A stretch of DNA of 22,889 nt from the NCBI GenBank assembly GCA_051746725.1, contig JBNJFI010000027.1:1-22889 (forward strand), in the 5' to 3' direction. Position 1 is the stretch's first letter. Each line of letters begins with the position of its first letter. Position numbers and translations under genes: made by a program. Below, piece by piece: positions 1 to 7,555 of this stretch. The notes under the pieces are model-generated. The model ran no database searches. It was not told the origin of the DNA and was given only the letters and a program-made list of their open reading frames with translations. Origin of the DNA: Fusobacteriota bacterium (lineage in GTDB: Bacteria > Fusobacteriota > Fusobacteriia > Fusobacteriales > JBNJFI01).

Positions 1-93
1 TATTAGCTAGTTGCAAAATTATAATCCAATGATTTCATTTGATTTATGAGACCAAATAATTCTAGCTTACCTCTATTTTTCTATCCTGCTCAC

Positions 94-123
94 ACCCGGG
101 CAAACGCCGTTTGCCCTTACAGT
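94..123 (-). repeat. REP-like palindrome copy 1 (GTAA + GGGCAAACG-G-CGTTTGCCC on the minus strand)
   Basis: Perfect 9-bp inverted repeat 98-106/108-116 followed by TTAC (117-120; GTAA on minus). It is GC-rich in an AT-rich background. Confidence 0.75.
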
Positions 124-155
124 AGAAACTTATACTCTATTCCTATATAAATTGA

Positions 156-185
156 ACCGTAAGGGCGAAGGGCCTTCGCCCGAGT
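156..185 (+). repeat. REP-like palindrome copy 2 (GTAA + GGGCGAAGG-G-CCTTCGCCC)
   Basis: GTAA at 159-162, then a perfect 9-bp inverted repeat 163-171/173-181. It is an inverted copy of 94-123 with two compensatory base-pair changes. Confidence 0.75.
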
Positions 186-302
186 TATACAAATTAAATG
201 AGATTAGTTCGTAATAAATTTGGGGATAACTCCATATTTTCTTTACATAGTTTTGCAACTACCTATACTTTATTTCTTTTTTTATTATTTTTTATCTTTT
301 AT

Positions 303-358
303 CTTTCAACTTTCCTCTTTCAACTTTCCTCTTTCAACTTTCCTCTTTCAACTTTCAA
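303..358. repeat. Heptamer tandem array (CTTTCAA/CTTTCCT), 8 units, 14-bp higher-order period
   Basis: Read directly as (CTTTCAA CTTTCCT)x3 followed by CTTTCAA CTTTCAA. Degenerate heptamers TTTTTAT and CTTTTAT precede it at 289-302. Confidence 0.95.
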
Positions 359-363
359 TTGCA

Positions 364-1269
364 CTAATCTTCTGTACTAAAAGGGTGAGTCTTTAAATAC
401 ACATCACGTAGATGTTTTTTACTAACTTTAGTATAAACCTGTGTAGTCATTAAGGTTTCATGCCCTAGAAGATCTTGAACATATTTAATATCTAGATCAT
501 GATTCAAAAGATAGGTTGCAAAAGAGTGTCGAAAAGTATGAGGAGTAACCTTTTTTCCTAAATTAGCCTTCTTAGAATATTTCCCCATTTTTCGTCTAAT
601 TGATCTACTTGTTATTTTATTTCCTCTGCTATTCACAAAAAGAATATCCGGAGTATAGTTTTTGTATTTTTTCTTTTTTGCATTGATATATTTTTTCATC
701 CATTCCCGGGCTGTTTTACTAAAAAAAGTAATTCTTTCTTTCTCTCCTTTTCCTACCACTCTTAATTCTCTTTGATCAAAATCAATTAAGTATTCACTTA
801 AACTTATAAGCTCAGAAACTCGTATTCCACTGGAATATAAGAGTTCTACTACTGTTCTATCTCTAATTCCTGTTATCTTTGAAGTATCTATAACATCGCT
901 AAATTTCTTAACTTCCTTAGGAGTTAAAACAGTTGGTAGTTTCTCTTCAAATTTAGGATTATTAACATAGTTAGACATATTATTTTTTATGATTTCTTCT
1001 GAGACTAGATATTCAAAAAAGGATCTTATGGCAGACAAACTTCTATTTATGCTCCTTTTTGCTAATCCCTCTTTATTTAAATATGCCATAAAGGATCTAA
1101 ACGTCATTTTTTTTACATCCTTAAAATCTGTAATCTCTTCATACTCATATATGTATATTATAAATCTTAAAATATCATTTCTATAACTTTTTATTGTGTT
1201 AACACTTTTACCTAATCCTGTTTCTTGGTAATATAAAAAATTATTCATATATTTTTTTAGATTTCTCAT
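364..1269 (-). CDS. xerC: Tyrosine recombinase XerC/XerD family
   Basis: All catalytic residues are present: LLYSSGIRVSEL (R), GKGEKER (K), HTFRH (HxxR), LLGH (H), TTQVY (Y). It has an N-terminal SAM-like core-binding domain and sits in the canonical position after topA-trmFO. Confidence 0.9.
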   Translation of the reverse strand: MRNLKKYMNNFLYYQETGLGKSVNTIKSYRNDILRFIIYIYEYEEITDFKDVKKMTFRSFMAYLNKEGLAKRSINRSLSAIRSFFEYLVSEEIIKNNMSNYVNNPKFEEKLPTVLTPKEVKKFSDVIDTSKITGIRDRTVVELLYSSGIRVSELISLSEYLIDFDQRELRVVGKGEKERITFFSKTAREWMKKYINAKKKKYKNYTPDILFVNSRGNKITSRSIRRKMGKYSKKANLGKKVTPHTFRHSFATYLLNHDLDIKYVQDLLGHETLMTTQVYTKVSKKHLRDVYLKTHPFSTED

Positions 1270-1271
1270 AT

Positions 1272-2618
1272 TTACTCTTTTTCTTTCTCTTTTTCTTTCG
1301 ATTCTTGAATTTTAAACTCTTTCTTAAAATAATTCAACCCTTTTTCAGCTGTCTTTTGATATCTTTCTCTTTTATCTCGTATTCTTTCTTCTAATTTATC
1401 TATAATTCCAAAATTAGGTCCCATTGGTCTAAACTTTTTCTTTGGTTCAGTTATATAATTGATTATTGAACCTGTAGAACTTCTAGAGTCTAAAATAAAT
1501 GGTTCCAATCCATTTATTTTATTATAAATATTTATTCCTGCCATTGCTCCTGTAGATATGGCTGAGATATATCCTTCTGATCCAGTAATCTGACCAGCAA
1601 AATGAATTTTAGGATGCTGTTTTAAACTCATGTTTTTATTTAAAAGTTCAGAGGAGTTTATATAGGTATTTCTATGCATAACTCCTAATCTTACAAATTC
1701 TGCATTTTCCAAGCCAGGAATCATAGAGAAAACCCTTTTTTGCTCCCCCCATCTCAAATTCGTTTGGAATCCAACTATATTAAATAATCTTCCCTCTTTA
1801 TCATCTTGTCTTAACTGTATAACTGCATGATCTTCCTCTCCTGTCCATGGATTAGTTAATCCCTTTGGTTTCATTGGACCATAAAGAGGAGTTTCCTTAC
1901 CTTTTTTGGCCAATTTTTCGATAGGCATACATGCATTAAATAATTTTACCTTTTCAAATTTTTTTAATGGTATTGTTTCAGCATTTATGAGTTCCTCATA
2001 AAAAGCATCATATTGCTCTTCAGTCATGGGACAATTAATATATTCGCCTTCTCCATCCTCATAACGCGAAGCAAAATATGCCTTATCCATATCTATAGAA
2101 TCTGCTTCTAAAATAGGAGCGACAGCATCATAGAAATATAAATAATCTTCTCCTAAGAGAGATTTTATATCATTTGCCATATCATCAGATGTTAAGGGTC
2201 CAGTTGCTATTAATACATATTTATCTTTAGGTATTTTTTTTACTTCTTCGTTTATTATTTCGATATTCTCCATGTTTTTTAGAGTTTCTGTTATCTTTTT
2301 TGAAAAACCTTCTCTATCAACAGCCAATGCCTGACCTGCTGGAACACTTGTTTTATCAGCAATATCTATTATCATCGATCCTAATTGTCTCATCTCTTCT
2401 TTCATCAGGCCAGAAGCATTTGCCAATCGATTAGATCCAAATGAATTACTACAAACTAACTCTCCAAAGTTTTCGCTCTGATGAGCAGGTGTCATCTTTT
2501 TTGGTTTCATTTCATATAATTTTACTTTAACACCTCTTTTAGCCAATTGATAAGCAGCTTCACTACCTGCTAAACCAGCTCCTATAACTATTACTTCCTC
2601 TTTTATTTCCGATTTCAT
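1272..2618 (-). CDS. trmFO: Methylenetetrahydrofolate-tRNA-(uracil-54) methyltransferase TrmFO (Gid)
   Basis: GAGLAGSEAA FAD motif, ELVCSNS, CMPIE, VGFQTNL, GVMHRNTY and AGQITGSEGY. ATGA overlap with the topA stop. Confidence 0.97.
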   Translation of the reverse strand: MKSEIKEEVIVIGAGLAGSEAAYQLAKRGVKVKLYEMKPKKMTPAHQSENFGELVCSNSFGSNRLANASGLMKEEMRQLGSMIIDIADKTSVPAGQALAVDREGFSKKITETLKNMENIEIINEEVKKIPKDKYVLIATGPLTSDDMANDIKSLLGEDYLYFYDAVAPILEADSIDMDKAYFASRYEDGEGEYINCPMTEEQYDAFYEELINAETIPLKKFEKVKLFNACMPIEKLAKKGKETPLYGPMKPKGLTNPWTGEEDHAVIQLRQDDKEGRLFNIVGFQTNLRWGEQKRVFSMIPGLENAEFVRLGVMHRNTYINSSELLNKNMSLKQHPKIHFAGQITGSEGYISAISTGAMAGINIYNKINGLEPFILDSRSSTGSIINYITEPKKKFRPMGPNFGIIDKLEERIRDKRERYQKTAEKGLNYFKKEFKIQESKEKEKEKE

Positions 2619-4891
2619 TTTTTATTTCCCTTCTTCTTTCCCGTTTTGTACTTTTTTGGATATTTCTTTATATTTTTACAATCAGGATAATTAGAGCAAG
2701 CTAGAAACTTCCCATATCGTCCCATTTTAACTATTAAAGGACTTCCACATTTATCACATGGTCCTACTTCTGCTATAGCCTTATCATCCAATTCCTTACT
2801 CTTATTGTATTGATCTTTAATTTGAATTACTCCATCTACTTCTTTAGTAGTAACACCTTTTTCTAAAGATTTTCTTTCTTTACAGTCATCACCATAATTT
2901 TCGCATTCTAAATATTTTCCATATCTCCCTCTTTTTAATAACATTTTCCCATCGCATTCTGTACATGAAAGATCGGTAGGTACACCATTTTTTTCTTTTT
3001 GCATTTTTTTCACTACATCTTTTACAAAGATTTCACCATTTTCTATTTCCTCTTTAGGTATTATTATACCTTTAGGTAGAGATAACCTCTTTTTACAACC
3101 ATCTTCATACTTTTCGCATTCTAGATATTTTCCAAACCTACCTGTTTTAAGTAACATATCGCTTCCACATTTTGGACATTTAACATCGGCTACAATGTCT
3201 CTTTCTGTTATTTTTTTAACCTCTTTTTCATATTCTTTTAGATAACTTTCAAAGTCTGTATAAAATTCATCTAAAACTGTTTTCCAATCTTTATCTCCTG
3301 TTTCAATATCATCTAATCTGTCTTCCATCTTTGCAGTGAATTCAATATCCATTATATTTGGAAAATATTTTTTTAATTCATTTACAACTCTAAATCCTAA
3401 AGTTGTAGGTTTAAATCTCCTTTTTTGCTTTTCAACATAATCTCTATGCTGTAAAGTTCCTATTATCGATGAGTATGTAGAAGGTCTTCCAATTCCTTGT
3501 TCTTCTAGCTGTTTTACTAAACCTGCTTCAGTTAACCTTGCTGGAGGTTTTGTTTTCCCTTCTGTGATTTCCAATTTCTTTAATGGGATCTTATCTCCCT
3601 TTTGAAAATCTGGAAATTTTTCAGTTCTGATATTTTCATCATCTTTAAAAATTTTGTAATAACCTTGAAAAGTTACTTTTTTCAAAGTTTTTCTAAATTG
3701 ATAATCTCCATCTTCTGTAACCATGGTAAACTGGTCATATTTCATTTTAGAAAATTGAGAAACCATAAACCTTTCCCATATTAATTTATATAATTTATAT
3801 TCATCTTTTTTGAGATATTCCTTTGCTCTTTTAGGACTTAATACAACATCAGTAGGTCTTATCGCCTCATGGGCATCTTGAACTGTTTTTTTCTTGCTCT
3901 TTTTTGTTTTATAATCCCCTACATATTTTTCACCGTATACTTCTCGTATATAATTTTGAGCCATCTGTTTTGCTTCATCTGAAATTCTAATTGAATCTGT
4001 TCTCATATAAGTAATAAGCCCCATCTTTTTCCCTTTAATTTTTACCCCTTCATACAAAGATTGAGCTACTTTCATAGTCTTATATGAAGAAAATGAGAGA
4101 TAAGATGACGCTAACTGTTGTAAAGTACTTGTTTTCAAAGGTTTAGGAGGTCTTTGAGATCGTTTTTTTGTTTCAACTTTGATAAATTCAAACTCTCCAC
4201 CTTTTGTCTTTTCCTTTAATTTATCTATTATTTTTTTATCTTTAATTCTTTTAACTCTTTTTTTATTAACTTTATAAAGTTCCATATCTAAATTATGATC
4301 AAACTTACCTAATACTTCCCAATAAGTTTCTGGTTTAAATTTTTGTATCTTTTCTTCTAAATCACATATTAATCTCAAAGCTACTGATTGTACTCTACCT
4401 GCACTGGTATTTTTAGAAATAATCTGCCATAATAATGGACTTATTTTATATCCAACTAATCTATCTAATATCCTACGTGCTTGTTGAGAATTAACTCGAT
4501 CAAAATTTATTTTATGTGGTTCTGAAATTGCTTTTTTGACAGCTGACTTGGTGATTGCATTAAATTCAACTCTTAAATTCTTATTTGTATCAAGTTTTAA
4601 TGCCTTTGCCACATGCCAGGCTATTGCCTCTCCTTCTCTATCTGGATCGGCTGCAAGATACACATTATCAACCTTTTTTGCCATTTTTTTCAACTTCTTT
4701 ATTATCGGTCCTTTTCCTCTTATAGTAATATACCTAGGTTCAAAATTATTTTCTAAATCTACTCCTAATTTAGTTTTAGGTAAGTTTTTTATATGCCCAT
4801 TAGAAGCTGTCACCTGAAAGTCTTTCCCTAATATTTTTTTTATAGTTCCAGCTTTCGATGGGGACTCTACTATTACTAAATTTTTTGCCAT
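2615..4891 (-). CDS. topA: DNA topoisomerase I (type IA) with three C4 zinc ribbons
   Basis: LVIVESPSKA, Toprim DPDREGEAIAWH, SAGRVQS, catalytic ITYMRTDS and GIGRPSTY. C-terminal CPKC/CTEC/CDKC ribbons and a Lys-rich tail. SD AGGAGG at 4898-4903. Confidence 0.98.
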   Translation of the reverse strand: MAKNLVIVESPSKAGTIKKILGKDFQVTASNGHIKNLPKTKLGVDLENNFEPRYITIRGKGPIIKKLKKMAKKVDNVYLAADPDREGEAIAWHVAKALKLDTNKNLRVEFNAITKSAVKKAISEPHKINFDRVNSQQARRILDRLVGYKISPLLWQIISKNTSAGRVQSVALRLICDLEEKIQKFKPETYWEVLGKFDHNLDMELYKVNKKRVKRIKDKKIIDKLKEKTKGGEFEFIKVETKKRSQRPPKPLKTSTLQQLASSYLSFSSYKTMKVAQSLYEGVKIKGKKMGLITYMRTDSIRISDEAKQMAQNYIREVYGEKYVGDYKTKKSKKKTVQDAHEAIRPTDVVLSPKRAKEYLKKDEYKLYKLIWERFMVSQFSKMKYDQFTMVTEDGDYQFRKTLKKVTFQGYYKIFKDDENIRTEKFPDFQKGDKIPLKKLEITEGKTKPPARLTEAGLVKQLEEQGIGRPSTYSSIIGTLQHRDYVEKQKRRFKPTTLGFRVVNELKKYFPNIMDIEFTAKMEDRLDDIETGDKDWKTVLDEFYTDFESYLKEYEKEVKKITERDIVADVKCPKCGSDMLLKTGRFGKYLECEKYEDGCKKRLSLPKGIIIPKEEIENGEIFVKDVVKKMQKEKNGVPTDLSCTECDGKMLLKRGRYGKYLECENYGDDCKERKSLEKGVTTKEVDGVIQIKDQYNKSKELDDKAIAEVGPCDKCGSPLIVKMGRYGKFLACSNYPDCKNIKKYPKKYKTGKKKGNKK

Positions 4892-4905
4892 TATTAGCCT
4901 CCTGT

Positions 4906-4923
4906 TTACTTTATATAAAGTAA
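4906..4923. promoter_or_regulatory. Perfect 18-bp palindrome TTACTTTATATAAAGTAA just upstream of the topA RBS (possible operator or hairpin)
   Basis: The sequence equals its own reverse complement and lies 2 nt from the SD. The function is inferred only. Confidence 0.4.
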
Positions 4924-4954
4924 TTTTCCTCTTGTTTTGTTAATTCAATTAAAC

Positions 4955-5380
4955 TTAAAGTACTGTTCTATCATTTTCTATTCCTTCTTGTTCTAAAATA
5001 ACTTTTAACTGATCTTTGTCAACTTCCATGAAAGAAGTTTCTATCCTATTGATTATATCTTCAAATTTCTCTTCAGTCAAAACTCCTCTTTCTTTTAAAG
5101 AAAAAAGATATCCCTTCGCATTATCTGTTAAATTTTCTAATTCTGTTGGTTGCATAACCCTCATTTTAATATTTGTAGTGTGTGGTTGATTATTGTCTTC
5201 TTTTATATTCATAACGTTAAAAATCTCCTCCAAAATTTCATTTATTTTATCTATCTCGTATCCTTTTTTGATAAGTTTTTCCATCATACTCATTTGAACA
5301 TCTTCTAGATTTTCATTGTTATTCATTAATTCTTTTAATAAAGAAGTCAAAACCTCTAACATCTCATTTTTTGCTTCCAT
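4955..5380 (-). CDS. smg: Smg/DUF494-like protein
   Basis: Resembles Smg motifs (L..KGYE.D.I; MRVM.P.E...L.....GYL..L...GVL..E..E.II.R) and lies between dprA and topA as smg does. SD AAGGAGG is upstream. Confidence 0.75.
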   Translation of the reverse strand: MEAKNEMLEVLTSLLKELMNNNENLEDVQMSMMEKLIKKGYEIDKINEILEEIFNVMNIKEDNNQPHTTNIKMRVMQPTELENLTDNAKGYLFSLKERGVLTEEKFEDIINRIETSFMEVDKDQLKVILEQEGIENDRTVL

Positions 5381-5486
5381 TTTTGCCTCCTTATTTTAGA
5401 CGATTTTTTATCGCATATAGTTTTTTAGTAGTCTTAACCGACAAATTTATCTCTATATACATATTATCGACCTCTAAGCTTAATCT

Positions 5487-5515
5487 ATTATAATAAATTA
5501 TAGTAAAAAAATCAA
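5487..5515 (-). promoter_or_regulatory. Sigma70-type promoter for smg-topA-trmFO-xerC
   Basis: Minus strand TTGATT (5510-5515), 17-nt spacer, TATAAT (5487-5492), within the 209-bp intergenic gap. Confidence 0.65.
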
Positions 5516-5589
5516 ACTAAAAATGATTTCATGTTTTATATTTATATTTTGATGGCTACCATGGTATTTAATTTTAAACTAAATAGATT

Positions 5590-6666
5590 TTATCCTAATA
5601 TATCTTTTCGTTTATACTTTCCGCCAGGTATACTTTTTGCATAACCTTTTATTTCCATTTCAGTCAATATTACCAATAGGTCACTGGCAGAAAAACTTGT
5701 TTCTAATATTAATTCGTCTAAGCTTTTTTCAACTATTAAGCTTCTATATATGAGTTTTTCCTTATCTGTAAGATTAGTGCTAGATTTTATTTCCGAATCA
5801 TCTATTTTATCCCATCCAAACTCTTCTAAAATATCATCACCTGTTGAAATCAAATGAGCTTTGTTATCCTTTATTAAATTGTTACATCCTTGAAAAGAAG
5901 GATAAGATATAAATCCTGGTACTGCAAAAACATCTCTATTTTCTTCTACAGCCAATTCCGCTGTTATCAAGCTTCCACCTTTTTTGTAAGATTCAGCCAC
6001 CATAATCCCTCTAGATAATCCAACTATTATTCTATTTCGTTTCGGAAAATTCCAAGCATATGGAGGGGTTTCAGGTGGATATTCTGAAAAAATTAATCCA
6101 TTTTTTTCAACTTTTTCCCATATTCGTCTATTCTCTTTAGGATAAATTACATCTAATCCAGAACCTACCACGGCAATTGTCTTGCCATTATTTTTTAAAG
6201 CCTGACTATGTCCTATTGCATCAATTCCTGCAGCTAACCCACTTACTATAGTTACTCCACTGTCCACTAATTCCTTTGTGATTTTATATGCAGCAGATTC
6301 ACCATAATCAGTTGATTTTCTGGTTCCAACTACTCCAATTGTTTTTTCATTTATAATATCTAAATTCCCCTTATAATATAAAAATAAAGGTGGTTTTGAG
6401 ATATTTTTAAGTAATCTTGGATACCTTGAATCATTATAAGTTAAAAACTTGATTCTTTTTTGTATTAATTTATCCATCTCTTTTTTAATATTTATTTTTT
6501 GAGATTCAAAAATTTTAGTAATATATTTTTCTTTTAGTTTATAATTATTTTTATAAAATTCTTTTCCTTTTTTGAAAATATCTTCATATTTTTCATTATT
6601 TTCCATTAAAAGTCGTATTAATTTTGTTGGTAACTTAGCTTTTTTTAATTTAAACCAATTCTTCAT
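5590..6666 (-). CDS. dprA: DNA-processing protein DprA (Smf)
   Basis: YPRLLKNISKPPLFLYYKG, VVGTRKST, IVSGLAAGID, FPKRNRIIVGLS and GGSLITA, plus a C-terminal winged-helix (LTEMEIKG). Confidence 0.96.
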   Translation of the reverse strand: MKNWFKLKKAKLPTKLIRLLMENNEKYEDIFKKGKEFYKNNYKLKEKYITKIFESQKINIKKEMDKLIQKRIKFLTYNDSRYPRLLKNISKPPLFLYYKGNLDIINEKTIGVVGTRKSTDYGESAAYKITKELVDSGVTIVSGLAAGIDAIGHSQALKNNGKTIAVVGSGLDVIYPKENRRIWEKVEKNGLIFSEYPPETPPYAWNFPKRNRIIVGLSRGIMVAESYKKGGSLITAELAVEENRDVFAVPGFISYPSFQGCNNLIKDNKAHLISTGDDILEEFGWDKIDDSEIKSSTNLTDKEKLIYRSLIVEKSLDELILETSFSASDLLVILTEMEIKGYAKSIPGGKYKRKDILG

Positions 6667-6688
6667 TTATAAACCTTCCTTTTATCCT

Positions 6689-7555
6689 TTATCTAGAATA
6701 AACTTCTAATAATAGATCTTTCAGTTTTCTAGAATTCGGATAGATTTTTAAACCTTCTCTTATTTTATTTTTCGCAATCTCTCTTTTTTCTAAGATTATA
6801 TATAATCTAGCAAGATCAATATAAACTTCTTTATTCTTTTTTAATTTCAAATAACTTTCATAATTATTTATAGCATCATTGATATTATCATTTAATTTAT
6901 AAGCTATAGCTAATCCTAAATATCCCTCTTCAAATTTAGGTTTTAATTTTATCAATTTATTATATTCAGTAATGGATCTTTTAAAATCACCTAAAAATCT
7001 ACTCGTTAAAGCTAGTCCATATAAATTTTTATATGTATTACTTTTATCTTTTTCAAAAAAGTTACGAGCTTTTTCATATTTATAATTCTTAAAAAATTCA
7101 TTCCCAATTTCAAATATTAATTCCCCATCTTGATAATTATCTAATTCTAAATATTTTTCATAATACTCTAAAGCTACTTCTTTAGCATTCTTTTCATCTT
7201 CTTTTAAATTTTCATTATAATCTTCCTGAATTTTCTCCTGGCTCATATAAATATTAGCCAATTTTAAATAATTTTCTTTTTTTTCAGGGTTTAGATTTAA
7301 ATCCTTTTTTAAAAATTCAATTGCTTTTTTGAAATCTTCTTTTTCCATATATATTTTTATCAAATAATTAATGGCCGCTGTATTATTTTCATCAATATCT
7401 AAAACCTTATTATAAATAAATGTAGCATTTTCATAATCTTCACTTTTATAATATTCATTTCCCAACTCTAGGTAGTTTTCTAGTTCAATATTTGCTCCGA
7501 TTAATGTAATTGCAAAAAAGGTAAAGATCACAAGTCTTAAAAATTTACTTCTCAC
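6689..7555 (-). CDS. Tetratricopeptide-repeat protein with predicted signal peptide
   Basis: The N-terminus MRSKFLRLVIFTFFAITLIGA looks like a signal peptide and is followed by multiple TPR-like helices (LGNEYY...A...Y.KVL.ID; YLGLAIAY). The GTG start overlaps the xseA end by 11 nt. Confidence 0.8.
   Translation of the reverse strand: MRSKFLRLVIFTFFAITLIGANIELENYLELGNEYYKSEDYENATFIYNKVLDIDENNTAAINYLIKIYMEKEDFKKAIEFLKKDLNLNPEKKENYLKLANIYMSQEKIQEDYNENLKEDEKNAKEVALEYYEKYLELDNYQDGELIFEIGNEFFKNYKYEKARNFFEKDKSNTYKNLYGLALTSRFLGDFKRSITEYNKLIKLKPKFEEGYLGLAIAYKLNDNINDAINNYESYLKLKKNKEVYIDLARLYIILEKREIAKNKIREGLKIYPNSRKLKDLLLEVYSR

Larger units (their letters stand above)
4..265. mobile_element. Candidate non-autonomous element (MITE/REPIN-like) or structured ncRNA, ~260 bp, bounded by inverted repeats
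   Basis: 4-22 (TAGCTAGTTGCAAAATTAT) and 247-265 (ATAGTTTTGCAACTACCTA) form a 19-bp inverted repeat with 2 mismatches. TA dinucleotides lie at 4-5 and 264-265. Two GC-rich palindromes are internal and there is no credible ORF. Confidence 0.5.

Noticed and set aside
94..185. Two palindromic repeats with a 38-nt spacer as a mini-CRISPR
   Set aside because: The copies are inverted rather than direct, there are only two, and no cas genes are present.
236..265. Possible dif site near xerC (CTATGTAAAG on the minus strand resembles a XerD arm)
   Set aside because: There is no matching XerC arm at 6-bp spacing, and the sequence is better explained as the element's inverted repeat.
198..380. 60-aa plus-strand ORF
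   Set aside because: Its F/L/S-rich sequence is the translation of the T-rich tract and heptamer array. It has no SD and overlaps the xerC end.
364..1269. Tyrosine recombinase as a phage, ICE or integron integrase
   Set aside because: It is about 300 aa with no arm-binding domain or IntI insertion, sits in the housekeeping topA-trmFO-xerC context, and has no att or cargo genes.
2615..2640. TopA and RicT both end in KKGNKK-stop (also 15144-15165)
   Set aside because: Explained by an embedded SD plus A-rich spacer before an ATGA overlap, not a shared protein tag.
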